Source of the DNA: a candidate division WOR-1 bacterium RIFOXYB2_FULL_42_35
Lineage (GTDB): Bacteria > Margulisbacteria > WOR-1 > O2-12-FULL-45-9
Reading direction: 5' to 3'
DNA length: 64,000 nt
Assembly: GCA_001771545.1 (NCBI GenBank)
Contig: MEUC01000002.1
Span: 3,909 to 67,908 of the forward strand
Shown: piece after piece, positions 37,135-47,165 of the stretch
Position numbering within the stretch: position 1 is the first letter of the stretch
Layout of the letters: each line of letters begins with the position of its first letter
Position numbers and translations under genes: made by a program
The notes under the pieces: model-generated
What the model was told of the DNA's origin: nothing
What the model saw: only the letters and a program-made list of their open reading frames with translations
The model's database searches: none

Positions 37135-38883
37135 ATGCAGTCCCAAATCAAAATCCTCCCCGAAGACCTGATTAATAAAATTGCCGCCGGTGAAGTGATT
37201 GAACGGCCGGCTTCTGTAGTCAAAGAATTGGTTGAAAATGCCATTGATGCTAAGGCCACAAAAATCAGCGTGGAAATTCAAAGCGCTGGTCGAAAATTAA
37301 TTCGCGTCTCTGATAATGGCCAAGGGATGACTAAAGATGAAGTTAAGCTTGCCATTGAACGACATTCGACCTCGAAAATCAACAAGTTAGACGACCTGTT
37401 CAATATTCAAAGTCTTGGGTTTCGTGGAGAAGCCCTTCCTTCTATCGCTAGTGTGTCGCGGCTGGAAATTAGAAGTGGGGTTAGGGGTGAAGATGCCGGT
37501 ATGGAAGTGGGAACTGAGATGTTGGTAGAGGGAGGGAAGGTAGAAAAATTGGAGGAGGCAGGTTGTCCGGTTGGAACCACTGTCTCTGTCAAAGATTTGT
37601 TTTTTAACACTCCAGCCAGGAAAAAATTTCTGAAATCCCCAGCCACAGAAATGGGGCACATTGGTGACATTGTCACAAAATATGCCCTGGTCAACCCACA
37701 GATTGCTTTTTCTCTTGTTTCTGACGGCAAACCACTTTTTTCTTCGGCCGGAACAGGTAAGTTACTTGATACGATTGTCTCTGTTTACGGAGCTGAGCTG
37801 GCTAAAGGGTTAATCGAAATTAACTATAGTAATGTAAGGGGCTATGTTAATAAGCCCAATATAAGTCGGATTGGCCGCGATTATATGTCATTCTTTGTTA
37901 ATGGCCGATATGTTAAAAACTTTTTGCTTAACCGGGCTTTGGAAGATGCCTATAGAACTTTGATTCCTAACAACCGCCACCCAATTGCTGTCCTTTTTCT
38001 GGAAGTTAATCCTAAGGAAGTTGACGTTAACGTCCATCCCAGCAAGCGGGAAGTTAAATTTCTGAAAACTAACGAGGCAATGGAAGCTGTGCGTAGTGCG
38101 GCAAAAACTGCCCTGTCAAAGATTCTAGATAATCAGGGTATCGGTGGATCAGAACGAGAAGATCAGAATACCAGATCATCAGAGTATCAGACAGGAAAAC
38201 AAAGCTGGGAACCTGGCATGGCAGATGTCTTGTTTCCACCAGAGGAAGTTTTTCCGGCTGATAACTCGCAACTAGTAACTCATAACCTTGTCGAGATGGA
38301 AGTTACCTCCATTCAACCGTATTTTCCCATTTACCAATTCAAAAATACTTATATCATTGCAACGGATGGAGAAGAATTGGTTCTAATTGACCAACATGCT
38401 GCACAGGAGAGGATCATTTATGACCAGCTAAGTAGCACAGTAGCCAGTGAGCCGGGTAGCCAAGTCCGACTGTTGCCAGAAACTATTGAGCTAGACACAA
38501 AGGCAACGATTATCTTACAAGAAAACTTGGGCTATTTAAAAAGTTTAGGCTTTGATCTAGAAGAATTTGGGGCTAATTCGTACCTCATGCGTTCTGTGCC
38601 TGCTTCGGCAGTTAAATCATCAGCAAAACAGTTGGTCATGGACATTATTGCTGAGTTGCAGAGCCTAGGCAAATCCGCCCAGCTTGAAACTAAGCAAGAA
38701 AACATCCGTAAAACCATTGCCTGCAAAGCTGCTGTTAAGGCTGGAGATAAATTAAGCCGGGCAGAAATGAGCGGTCTGATCAGAGATTTATATAGTACGC
38801 AAAACCCCCTCACCTGCCCCCATGGCCGGCCTACTATTATAAAGATCACTGAAGATGAGTTAAAGAAACACTTTAAAAGGTAG
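37135..38883 (+). CDS. mutL: DNA mismatch repair protein MutL
   Basis: IKILPEDLINKIAAGEVIERPASVVKELVENAIDA; DNGQGM; C-terminal dimerisation/endonuclease region. Confidence 0.92.
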   Translation: MQSQIKILPEDLINKIAAGEVIERPASVVKELVENAIDAKATKISVEIQSAGRKLIRVSDNGQGMTKDEVKLAIERHSTSKINKLDDLFNIQSLGFRGEALPSIASVSRLEIRSGVRGEDAGMEVGTEMLVEGGKVEKLEEAGCPVGTTVSVKDLFFNTPARKKFLKSPATEMGHIGDIVTKYALVNPQIAFSLVSDGKPLFSSAGTGKLLDTIVSVYGAELAKGLIEINYSNVRGYVNKPNISRIGRDYMSFFVNGRYVKNFLLNRALEDAYRTLIPNNRHPIAVLFLEVNPKEVDVNVHPSKREVKFLKTNEAMEAVRSAAKTALSKILDNQGIGGSEREDQNTRSSEYQTGKQSWEPGMADVLFPPEEVFPADNSQLVTHNLVEMEVTSIQPYFPIYQFKNTYIIATDGEELVLIDQHAAQERIIYDQLSSTVASEPGSQVRLLPETIELDTKATIILQENLGYLKSLGFDLEEFGANSYLMRSVPASAVKSSAKQLVMDIIAELQSLGKSAQLETKQENIRKTIACKAAVKAGDKLSRAEMSGLIRDLYSTQNPLTCPHGRPTIIKITEDELKKHFKR

Positions 38884-39028
38884 TCTTGCTTAAATTGCTG
38901 CCTGGCGAAATTTCGTACAGGTCTGTCCGGTTTTTCGACACTCAGATAGCTGGTTTCTTCGTCGTTTCCTGGTTCTGCCCTGGCAATAAGATTGCTACAA
39001 ATAATCTATCCGGCCAAACTAGGGCAAA

Positions 39029-39057
39029 TTGACACAAAACCCGTCGTCTGATACTAT
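39029..39057 (+). promoter_or_regulatory. Consensus promoter for topA (TTGACA-N17-TACTAT)
   Basis: TTGACA at 39029-39034 and TACTAT at 39052-39057, followed by GGAGG at 39067-39071. Confidence 0.6.
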
Positions 39058-39079
39058 TCAAAAGTTGGAGGAGAAATTT

Positions 39080-41251
39080 TTGACGAAAAAACTGGTAATT
39101 GTTGAGTCACCTGCTAAGGCAAAAACCTTAAAAAAGTTCTTGGGTAACGATTACGTTATCGAAGCTTGTGCTGGACATATTAGGGATTTGCCAGCCAAAT
39201 CGCTGGGCGTAAAAGTAGAAAAAGACTTTGAGCCCAACTACAAGATAATCAAAACCAAAGAAAAGATTATTAAACACCTCAAAGCTGCCGCTGCCAAAGC
39301 AGACATAGTCTTTCTGGCTCCCGATCCTGACCGTGAAGGGGAAGCTATTGCCTGGCATCTAAAATACCTACTGGACAAGAATAAAAATATCAAAAGGATT
39401 GAGTTTCACGAAATCACCAAAGAAGCTGTTACCAAGGCTGTCAAGAACCCCCGCGAAATTGATATGGGTCGCGTTAATGCCCAACAAGCCAGACGTATCC
39501 TTGACCGCTTAGTCGGGTATAAAATTAGCCCTCTTTTGTGGAAAAAAGTTCGCAAAGGTCTTTCTGCCGGGCGCGTCCAGTCTGTAGCGGTTCGCTTAAT
39601 CTGTGAACGAGAAGAACAGGTAAAAGCTTTTAACCCTCAAGAATATTGGGATATTATTGCCCAACTGGAAACAGCAGAGAAAAAATCACTCTCCGCTAAA
39701 TTAATTGCCAAAGCTGACAAACCTTTGGGTGTTAATCCTAAAGATAAGGGTCGGGTTGTTGTCTCTCAAATCGAAGCCGACAAGATAGTCAAAGACTTAG
39801 AAAGGGCTCAGTACACTGTCACCAAGATTGAGCGCAAAGAGCAGAAAAGATACCCTGCCCCACCATTTATCACCAGTACCTTACAACAGGAGGCCTCACG
39901 CAAGCTAGGCTTCTCTGCCAAAAGAACAATGATGATCGCTCAAAAATTGTATGAAGGTATAAGCATTAAGGGCGAAGATGAAGTTGGTCTTATCACCTAT
40001 ATGAGAACCGACTCTGTTCGCTTAGCGGATGAGGCTGAAGTTAAAGTAAGGGAATATATTAGCGAATCTTTTGGCCAAGAATATTTACCGGAACAGATCA
40101 TCAAGTATAAAAAGAAAAAACAGGCCCAAGATGCTCACGAAGCTATCCGACCAACTTCTGCCCTACGGCATCCGGAGAAGATAAAAGACAGTTTGAGCCC
40201 TGATGAGTTTAAGCTTTATGATTTAATTTGGAAAAGATTTGTCGCTTGTCAGATGAATCCAGCTGTTTTTGATCGGACCAGCCTTGATATCATGGCCAAG
40301 GATTATAAATTCCGGGCTAATGGTTCAGTCATAAAGTTTGATGGTTTTATCAAACTCTACCTAGAAGGTCAAGATGAGGAAGATGCCGAAGAAAAAGAAG
40401 GCTTTCTGCCGGAATTAAAAGAAGAGGAAATTCTTTCTCTCCTGGAACTTTTGCCAGCTCAACACTTTACCCAGCCACCACCACGTTACACCGAAGCCTC
40501 TCTTGTTAAAGAGCTGGAAAAACGGGGCATTGGCCGACCATCAACCTACGCCCCTATTATGGCTACCATCCAAGATCGTGGTTATGTGGAAAAAGAGGGC
40601 AAAGCCCTTAAGCCAACTGAAATTGGTATTACTACCAACGGGCTACTGGTAAAACATTTTCCCAAGATTCTTAATATTAAATTTACTGCCGGACTTGAAG
40701 ATCAACTCGATGACATCCTTGAAGGCAAAAAAGATTGGATCGAGATACTACATGAATTTTATGAGCCTTTTGCCCTCGCCCTAAAAGAGGCTGATCAGAA
40801 CATGGAAAAGATAAAAACTGAAACAATGACCAAAGAAGTCTGTCCAAAATGCGGAAAATTCTTGGTTATTCGCGACGGACGTTTTGGTAAATTCTACGCC
40901 TGCTCCGGCTATCCCAAGTGTAAACATACCAGGCCCTTAGAAGAAGAAAAAGCTCCTAGCGATGAAAAATGCCCCAAGTGCGGACGGCCAATGGTCCTAA
41001 AGCACAGTCGTTTTGGTAGTTTCTTGGCTTGCTCTGGCTACCCACAATGCAAAAGCATTAAATCAATCATAATAAAAATCGACGTTAAATGCCCGGACTG
41101 TGATGGGGAGCTGACCGAAAGAAGAACCCGTCGGGGTAAAGTCTTTTACGGTTGCAGCAACTATCCAAAATGCAAGTACGCCACCTGGCAGCGGCCGGCA
41201 ACACCAACAACAGCTCCCCCACCAGTTAAAAAGGAGACGGAAGATGCTTAA
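39080..41251 (+). CDS. topA: DNA topoisomerase I
   Basis: TTG start 8 nt after GGAGG, giving MTKKLVIVESPAKAKTLKKFLGNDY... The ORF-track start 39029 is the -35 hexamer itself. Toprim domain plus C-terminal CxxC zinc-ribbon repeats. Confidence 0.92.
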   Translation: MTKKLVIVESPAKAKTLKKFLGNDYVIEACAGHIRDLPAKSLGVKVEKDFEPNYKIIKTKEKIIKHLKAAAAKADIVFLAPDPDREGEAIAWHLKYLLDKNKNIKRIEFHEITKEAVTKAVKNPREIDMGRVNAQQARRILDRLVGYKISPLLWKKVRKGLSAGRVQSVAVRLICEREEQVKAFNPQEYWDIIAQLETAEKKSLSAKLIAKADKPLGVNPKDKGRVVVSQIEADKIVKDLERAQYTVTKIERKEQKRYPAPPFITSTLQQEASRKLGFSAKRTMMIAQKLYEGISIKGEDEVGLITYMRTDSVRLADEAEVKVREYISESFGQEYLPEQIIKYKKKKQAQDAHEAIRPTSALRHPEKIKDSLSPDEFKLYDLIWKRFVACQMNPAVFDRTSLDIMAKDYKFRANGSVIKFDGFIKLYLEGQDEEDAEEKEGFLPELKEEEILSLLELLPAQHFTQPPPRYTEASLVKELEKRGIGRPSTYAPIMATIQDRGYVEKEGKALKPTEIGITTNGLLVKHFPKILNIKFTAGLEDQLDDILEGKKDWIEILHEFYEPFALALKEADQNMEKIKTETMTKEVCPKCGKFLVIRDGRFGKFYACSGYPKCKHTRPLEEEKAPSDEKCPKCGRPMVLKHSRFGSFLACSGYPQCKSIKSIIIKIDVKCPDCDGELTERRTRRGKVFYGCSNYPKCKYATWQRPATPTTAPPPVKKETEDA

Positions 41252-41363
41252 GGCTTTTTTTACCCGAAACGTTTCTATTAAGGTTCTAGCTGTTATTTTA
41301 TCAGTTTTGCTTTGGGCAATTGCCCGCTTCTGGGTAATAAAGTAAGTCCTGGGGTTTTAGAAA

Positions 41364-42212
41364 ATGAGAATTATCAAAAATATTGACGAGATGCGCGCCT
41401 ACTCACAAAAGAAAAAAAACCACGGCAAAACCATTGGGTTTATTCCTACGATGGGCTGCCTACATGACGGGCACCTTTCTTTAGTTCAGGCGGCAAAAAA
41501 ACAGGCCGATATCGTAGTAGTTAGCATTTTTGTTAACCCAATTCAATTTGGCCCAGGGGAAGACTTTAAGCGCTATCCGAAAAACCTCTCTAACGACAAA
41601 AGACTCCTCAACAACTTTGACATTGACGTCCTCTTTTTGCCCGATACAAAAAAGATGTTCCCTCAAGGCTTCAAAACCTACCTGGAGGTAGAGGAATTTT
41701 CCAGAAAAATGTGCGGCCGCTCCCGACCCAACCATTTCCGCGGTGTTACCACAATTGTCGCCAAGTTGTTTTGCCTTGTTTGTCCTGATTTTGCTTTTTT
41801 TGGGCAAAAAGATTTCCAACAACAATTAATAATCAAGACCATGGTTCGAGACATGGACTTCCCTGTTGAGGTTGTCGCTCTGCCGACAGTTCGCGAGTTT
41901 GATGGTTTGGCAATGAGCTCGAGAAATAGATATTTAAAGCCCAAAGAAAGAGAGTTGGCAACGGTACTGTATAAGGCTCTTTGCTTGGCTAAAGAAGAGA
42001 TTGAAAACGGAGAAAAGGATTTGAGAAAGATCCTTATTCGCATGCGCTCATTAATTGGAACTGTGCCAAGTATCCGCCTGGATTATGTGGTTATTGCTGA
42101 CCCGGAAACATTAGAAGAAGTAAAGGCGATCAAGGGGAAACTCTTGGTCGCATTATCCGGCTCAATTGGCAAAGCCCGCTTGATCGACAACTTAATCGTC
42201 CAAGCAAAATAA
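41364..42212 (+). CDS. panC: Pantoate--beta-alanine ligase
   Basis: IGFIPTMGCLHDGHLSLV (HIGH-like motif). Confidence 0.92.
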   Translation: MRIIKNIDEMRAYSQKKKNHGKTIGFIPTMGCLHDGHLSLVQAAKKQADIVVVSIFVNPIQFGPGEDFKRYPKNLSNDKRLLNNFDIDVLFLPDTKKMFPQGFKTYLEVEEFSRKMCGRSRPNHFRGVTTIVAKLFCLVCPDFAFFGQKDFQQQLIIKTMVRDMDFPVEVVALPTVREFDGLAMSSRNRYLKPKERELATVLYKALCLAKEEIENGEKDLRKILIRMRSLIGTVPSIRLDYVVIADPETLEEVKAIKGKLLVALSGSIGKARLIDNLIVQAK

Positions 42213-42242
42213 GGCTACAAAAAAACCCAAAGAGGTTCTGCG

Positions 42243-42617
42243 ATGAAAAAACGTTTGGCTTTCACTCTGGTTGAAATTATAGTTGTTATGGCTGTTTGTT
42301 CTGTGTTGTTTTCCGTCAGCTTTGCCTCTCTCAGGGGCTTTTTGGGACAGATACAACTTGAGGCCACCACAAAAAGCCTGGTTTCGGATTTGCGAAAAAT
42401 GCAAAGCCAATCAAGACTGGAACACAAAACTCTGGCCATGGACTTAAACGGACTAGTTCTCCCAACCGGAATAAACTTCGCCCAGACAAGCCAGATAAAA
42501 TTTGCTCCGTCTGGCGCCACAGCCTTTGGGGGTTCTGGTTCTTTGGTATTACAAAACTCCTTAGGTCGAACAAAAAAGATTATTGTTTCCTCAATAGGCA
42601 GGGTACGTGTTGAATAA
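42243..42617 (+). CDS. Type IV pilin-like / pseudopilin with prepilin N-terminal cleavage-methylation motif
   Basis: MKKRLAFTLVEIIVVMAV (G/A-FTLxE class-III signal). Confidence 0.8.
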   Translation: MKKRLAFTLVEIIVVMAVCSVLFSVSFASLRGFLGQIQLEATTKSLVSDLRKMQSQSRLEHKTLAMDLNGLVLPTGINFAQTSQIKFAPSGATAFGGSGSLVLQNSLGRTKKIIVSSIGRVRVE

Positions 42618-42954
42618 CAAGGGCTTTACTTTAGTTGAGCTGCTGGTTGTCAGCACAATTTTCCTTGTGAGCGTTATTGCCTTTACGGCTGGGGCTAGGG
42701 TCTGCCTGTCCTCTGTCAAAGCTGCCAGCCAACTAAACAAGACTGTTTATGTCCTTCAGGGGGAGATGGAAAGGATAAAGACAATTCCTTTTGCCCAACT
42801 CATAAAATTAAATGGGCAAACTTTTGCTGCTAGCCAGGGGAAAGTTGCGACGTCCTCTCTCCTGCCCGATTTGGTTTCCATTAAGGTAGAGCTGAAATAT
42901 AGCCCCAATAAAAATCTCTTGGAAATTTATACTTTGAGGAGCAAATATGAATAA
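42607..42954 (+). CDS. Pseudopilin (prepilin-type N-terminal domain)
   Basis: NKGFTLVELLVVSTIFLV. Confidence 0.8.
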   Translation: MLNNKGFTLVELLVVSTIFLVSVIAFTAGARVCLSSVKAASQLNKTVYVLQGEMERIKTIPFAQLIKLNGQTFAASQGKVATSSLLPDLVSIKVELKYSPNKNLLEIYTLRSKYE

Positions 42955-43372
42955 GAACTCAAAACTGGGCTTCACCCTGGTTGAGCTGCTTGTTTCCCTT
43001 TGTATTTTCTCTGTTTTAAGTGGGGCCATGTTTTTTGCTTTAGGCTCTCAGCTTAGAAACTGGAAAAGGGTTGCTGCCTTTTGCGAAAGCGCTCAGATCA
43101 ACAACTTTGCACTGTCCGGAATAACGACTGACATCAGAGCAGCGGCAGAAATCATCCCTACCTCCGGTCAGGATATGTTGATTCTAAAAATTGGCGCTGA
43201 TGTTATTGAATATAGTTTATCTGACAAAAAAATAAAAAGAAGAAAAAACAATTATTCGGCTTACCTGACAGATGTCAACGAAGTTAAACAGCTGACCTTT
43301 GACTATCCCGAAGCTAAGCTGGTAAGGGTCTCAACAGAAGCCTTTACAGCCCAAGCAGCCATAAGGAATTAA
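42947..43372 (+). CDS. Pseudopilin (prepilin-type N-terminal domain)
   Basis: KLGFTLVELLVSLCIFSVL. Confidence 0.8.
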   Translation: MNKNSKLGFTLVELLVSLCIFSVLSGAMFFALGSQLRNWKRVAAFCESAQINNFALSGITTDIRAAAEIIPTSGQDMLILKIGADVIEYSLSDKKIKRRKNNYSAYLTDVNEVKQLTFDYPEAKLVRVSTEAFTAQAAIRN

Positions 43373-43373
43373 A

Positions 43374-43787
43374 ATGAAAAAAGGTTCTGCCCTTATCTTA
43401 ACCATTTTCATGATTGCCCTCTTTTTAGCCCTGGGAACATCTTTGGCCAAGATAGTTAATAATTATTATCGGGGGACGAATAGCCTGCTTGTTCGGGAAC
43501 AAGCCTTTTATCTGGCTGAGGCTGGTCTGGAAAGGGCTAAGGTTGAACTAGTTAAAAACCCCAATTGGTATACCGATCCACCCTACTATCCCATAGATAA
43601 CGATAATTGGCTCGTCAATGTCGCTCTGGGACACAAAGAAAATCTTGGCCACGGCTCATTTAAGATTGTTAGGGAAAAGAGTAAAGGCTGGTTATATTCG
43701 ATTGGCCTCAAGGGAAAAGGTGTTATAATATTAAAGCTTAAGTTCTCTAATCCACCGTTCAAAACTTTAAGTTGGGAAGAGCTTTAG
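43374..43787 (+). CDS. Minor pilin, PilX-N/GspK-like
   Basis: Hydrophobic N-terminus followed by QAFYLAEAGLERA (PilX_N-like motif). Confidence 0.6.
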   Translation: MKKGSALILTIFMIALFLALGTSLAKIVNNYYRGTNSLLVREQAFYLAEAGLERAKVELVKNPNWYTDPPYYPIDNDNWLVNVALGHKENLGHGSFKIVREKSKGWLYSIGLKGKGVIILKLKFSNPPFKTLSWEEL

Positions 43788-43800
43788 CAACAAAGGAGTA

Positions 43801-44163
43801 ATGATGACAAACTATCTTCTGTTGATTATTTCCATTTCGCTAGCTGTAGCGGGACAGTTGTTGATGAAAAAAGGGATGGTGCTGTTCGGCTCTTTCCCTG
43901 CCAGCCAGTTCTTGGTAAAGATTATTCCCATGTTTTTGAACCCTTATGTTTTTTTTGGCTTTACCTGTTTTGGCCTAAGCTCTCTTTTTTGGTTGGTGGT
44001 TCTCTCTCGCCTGCCGCTTAGCTTTGTCTATCCAATGGTCAGCATTGCCTATGTGATTGTTGCTTTTGCCTCAGTAATTTTCTTCAAAGAACACGTCAGC
44101 TTAATCCGCTGGATGGGAATTGGGATAATAATTTTAGGGGTATTCTTTATTTCGAGGAGTTAG
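43801..44163 (+). CDS. Small four-TM EamA/SMR-like transporter (ArnE/F-like)
   Basis: 120 aa with four hydrophobic helices; resembles the DMT-superfamily half-transporter pattern. Confidence 0.55.
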   Translation: MMTNYLLLIISISLAVAGQLLMKKGMVLFGSFPASQFLVKIIPMFLNPYVFFGFTCFGLSSLFWLVVLSRLPLSFVYPMVSIAYVIVAFASVIFFKEHVSLIRWMGIGIIILGVFFISRS

Positions 44164-44164
44164 C

Positions 44165-45868
44165 CTAAGGTTTCAGATGCTTAAGCCAATCCACCAATGC
44201 CTTTGCTGGTGGCGTAAAAGTAGGTTGCCCCGCCCATCCATAAAGAGTTTTATCCGGAACCCACAGGTTAAACATCATATGGCCGGGTTGTGAAGGAAGC
44301 GGGGTACTTGTGCTATTGATAACAGTAAGGACCAACTTGCCATCAAGATAATATTTAATAAAATTTGTTGTCTTGTGAACCCCATAATTATGAAAGTCTT
44401 TACAAGCGTCAAAATTACCCCCTGGATAGACCATTGTTTCATGACCGCCTACACCTTTGAGATAATAATTTAATTGGAATCCCTTACAATCTTTACCAGG
44501 GATCTCAACAATGTCTACCTCATCCTTAGAATTCCCCCAAATAAAGAAAGCACTAATTAACCCTGATCCCTGAGCACCTTTCATTCTGGCCTCAAAATAT
44601 CCATCAGTATAAATTTGTTGTATTGTGCGATATTCTCCAGAATCATAAGAGTATTGGCTGCCAGAAGGACTTTTGACAAGGGTAATGGTCATGAACCCAT
44701 TCGCAAAAGTGATTTGACTGGATTTCCACATAACATCAAAAGGGGAACCGTTTGCCCAGGTAGACATCTGCCAATTAGCGGAATCATGGGCATTCATATT
44801 ATGAACATAGGTTGGGGTTCCTGTAATTAATTGCCCAGAGGGAGCTGCTCCTGTATCTGGTTTTAGGATATCAGTAATAAAATAATCGGGGATTACCCCA
44901 TCAGGGGAAACCCCGCTCTGATCAATAACCACTAAACCATCCGAATAACCTTGATCAACAACGGGGCCCTCCTTGATAACAGCATCGTAAGAGCCCTGTT
45001 CCACATAAACACCTGAATCAGGAAGCCTAACTAAGTCAGGCTGAACCCCTTGATCCCCTAACCCACCATCGGCAACGTTGCCACAATTAAAAGAAACATT
45101 TTTTATTAAAACATCAACATCTGCTCCCTTGGTCTCAACAAAAAACCGAATCCGCCCTACTGTTTTTGGCAGAAGAGAGAGAGGAATTATCAGCGTTTGC
45201 TTTACCCAAGCATTAATCCCAGGGATAGTGCTTAGCTCAAGGTTCGGGGTATTAGAATTGTTTCCCTTAAAATAAATTTGTACTTTTGGCTGAGCCTTCA
45301 ACCCAGAAACAAGTTTAATTTTGCTAGAAATTTCAAAACTGAGTTGGCTTTGATAATTTAGCTGCCAGTCATTAGAATTGATTGAACTGATTGATACTCC
45401 CGGATTAGTTGCGTCTTTAGCATAAAACCGCAAAACTCTGCCACTAAGTTCCGAACTTGTTTTGTCAGAAGTGGTTACAATTACGTTAGAATCGTCCAGC
45501 TTTACTCCTAGATAATTACAAGTTATGCCGTCTGGGTTAATAAAGTCATGAGGCGGCCCATCTAGACGAGGACCCGCATCGTTTGCAGGCGGACTTTCAG
45601 GATCGCTGCAGCTGGCAGGAAAAAGAGCGATTACGCCATAACCAACAGCAACAACAGGAACAAGTGCTCTTTCTGCGGCTGTAACATGCTGAGGCTCTTT
45701 GACAAAGGTATATGCAGCAATACTATCAACCCCATCTGTAAAGGTGTTAGCGGCTTTCATAGCTAGTTTATCAGCTTTTTCAACAGTTGAACCAAAAACA
45801 CTGTCAAAGGCTTCTTGACAAGCACAACCAAGACTCCAAATTGTATTTGATATCGATAAATCACCCAT
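44165..45868 (-). CDS. Glycoside hydrolase family 16 (beta-glucanase/laminarinase-like) with N-terminal membrane/lipid anchor region and extra beta-rich domains
   Basis: C-terminal GH16 fold with the catalytic motif DEVDIVEI (ExDxxE beta-bulge variant). Hydrophobic anchor LVPVVAVGYGVIALFPASC. GGAGG RBS. Confidence 0.65.
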   Translation of the reverse strand: MGDLSISNTIWSLGCACQEAFDSVFGSTVEKADKLAMKAANTFTDGVDSIAAYTFVKEPQHVTAAERALVPVVAVGYGVIALFPASCSDPESPPANDAGPRLDGPPHDFINPDGITCNYLGVKLDDSNVIVTTSDKTSSELSGRVLRFYAKDATNPGVSISSINSNDWQLNYQSQLSFEISSKIKLVSGLKAQPKVQIYFKGNNSNTPNLELSTIPGINAWVKQTLIIPLSLLPKTVGRIRFFVETKGADVDVLIKNVSFNCGNVADGGLGDQGVQPDLVRLPDSGVYVEQGSYDAVIKEGPVVDQGYSDGLVVIDQSGVSPDGVIPDYFITDILKPDTGAAPSGQLITGTPTYVHNMNAHDSANWQMSTWANGSPFDVMWKSSQITFANGFMTITLVKSPSGSQYSYDSGEYRTIQQIYTDGYFEARMKGAQGSGLISAFFIWGNSKDEVDIVEIPGKDCKGFQLNYYLKGVGGHETMVYPGGNFDACKDFHNYGVHKTTNFIKYYLDGKLVLTVINSTSTPLPSQPGHMMFNLWVPDKTLYGWAGQPTFTPPAKALVDWLKHLKP

Positions 45869-46118
45869 GATTGCTTTCCTCCTGTTTTGTCTCTAGAGAG
45901 AGCTCCGAAAAACTCGCTTTCTCCGCGTAGGCGACCCTCTTAGGGTCGCAAGTTGTCGTCGAGAAGCAGAGCCTAAGAGGCTCCGCTACGCGATTTGAAG
46001 GGCAATTTTTCGGAGGTCTCCTAGATAGATATCTATCGCAATATTTATACAAAAATTTCACTAAATTAAGGGGGTTGTTTCGAGATTATGAAAAAGTAAC
46101 TCTGCGGGGAGCTGTCTG

Positions 46119-46607
46119 TTAATCTTTCTTATAATACTTGGTAAAATCTTCCGGCTTCATGTTTTCGATAAAGTCTTTAAACTTCTTGGTTTCTTCGGCA
46201 TCTTTCTCCGCGTTTACCAACTTAGCCTGCATCATGACCGTTTCTGTAGCAAATACCGGTAAATGGCGGCGAACGGCCAGGGCAATTGCATCTGAAGGGC
46301 GGGCATCAATATTCATATTTTTGCCATCTTTTTCCAGCTCAACATTGGCATAAAATGTCCCCTCTTTAACATCGGTAATTACAACTTTTAGAAGTTTGCC
46401 CCCAAGCTTATCCACGAATTCCAAAAGAAGATCGTGGGTCATTGGCCGAGGCGGCTTAACGCTTTGTAACTCCATTGCAATAGCTGAGGCTTCAAATACC
46501 CCGATCCAAATGGGCAGAAAATTCATCTCTTCTTGATCACGAAGTAAGACCAGGGGAGACATGTTGCGGGGATCAAAGCCTAGACCACCTACTTGCAGCT
46601 CTATCAT
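46119..46607 (-). CDS. Bifunctional nuclease family protein (DUF151/BFN)
   Basis: ...[34 protein letters not shown]...[14 protein letters not shown] is the typical BFN-domain pattern. Confidence 0.7.
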   Translation of the reverse strand: MIELQVGGLGFDPRNMSPLVLLRDQEEMNFLPIWIGVFEASAIAMELQSVKPPRPMTHDLLLEFVDKLGGKLLKVVITDVKEGTFYANVELEKDGKNMNIDARPSDAIALAVRRHLPVFATETVMMQAKLVNAEKDAEETKKFKDFIENMKPEDFTKYYKKD

Positions 46608-46954
46608 TTACCCTTTACCGTCTCAACAATCTTAATAAAATCATTGTGGTGGTTAACAGCTAAATCTGCTAGAACCTTACGATCAAGTGATATCTTGGCC
46701 TTTTTTAACCCGGCAATAAAGAGACTGTAATTCATTCCTAAGGCTCTTACAGCTGCATTAATGCGAGCAATCCAAAGTCGGCGCATAGAGCCCTTTCTCT
46801 GTTTGCGGTGTCTAGTAGCGTGTTTCTTGGCCTTCAGCACCGCCTGTTTGGCCCGGGTGATTTTTCTACCTACGGTCTTACGAAAACCCTTGGTGCGTTT
46901 AAAAACTTTATTTCTTCTCTTGCGTGCAGCCTTCCCCCTTTTAACTCGTACCAT
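46604..46954 (-). CDS. rplT: 50S ribosomal protein L20
   Basis: [17 protein letters not shown]...[15 protein letters not shown]. Confidence 0.92.
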   Translation of the reverse strand: MVRVKRGKAARKRRNKVFKRTKGFRKTVGRKITRAKQAVLKAKKHATRHRKQRKGSMRRLWIARINAAVRALGMNYSLFIAGLKKAKISLDRKVLADLAVNHHNDFIKIVETVKGK

Positions 46955-46960
46955 GGAAAG

Positions 46961-47158
46961 TTATCCTCCTACCAGCATTTGTTTAACTCTGGGAACGTCG
47001 GACGCAGAAACCAATCCAGACTGTCTCAGTTTACCCCTTTGTTTTGGGGTTTTACAGGCAAGCAAATGGCGCATTTTTGTGTGGCCACGTAAGACCTTGC
47101 CTTTTTTGGTGATCCGAAATCTTTTTTTTGCCGCTCTTCTTGTTTTTTGTTTTGGCAT
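46961..47158 (-). CDS. rpmI: 50S ribosomal protein L35
   Basis: MPKQKTRRAAKKRFRITKKGKVLRGH. Confidence 0.9.
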   Translation of the reverse strand: MPKQKTRRAAKKRFRITKKGKVLRGHTKMRHLLACKTPKQRGKLRQSGLVSASDVPRVKQMLVGG

Positions 47159-47165
47159 ACTTTCC

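Noticed and set aside
39029-39079. ORF-track ATG/TTG start of topA at 39029
   Set aside because: That codon is the TTG of the TTGACA -35 hexamer. The GGAGG followed by TTG at 39080 gives the canonical MTKKLVIVESPAKAK N-terminus.
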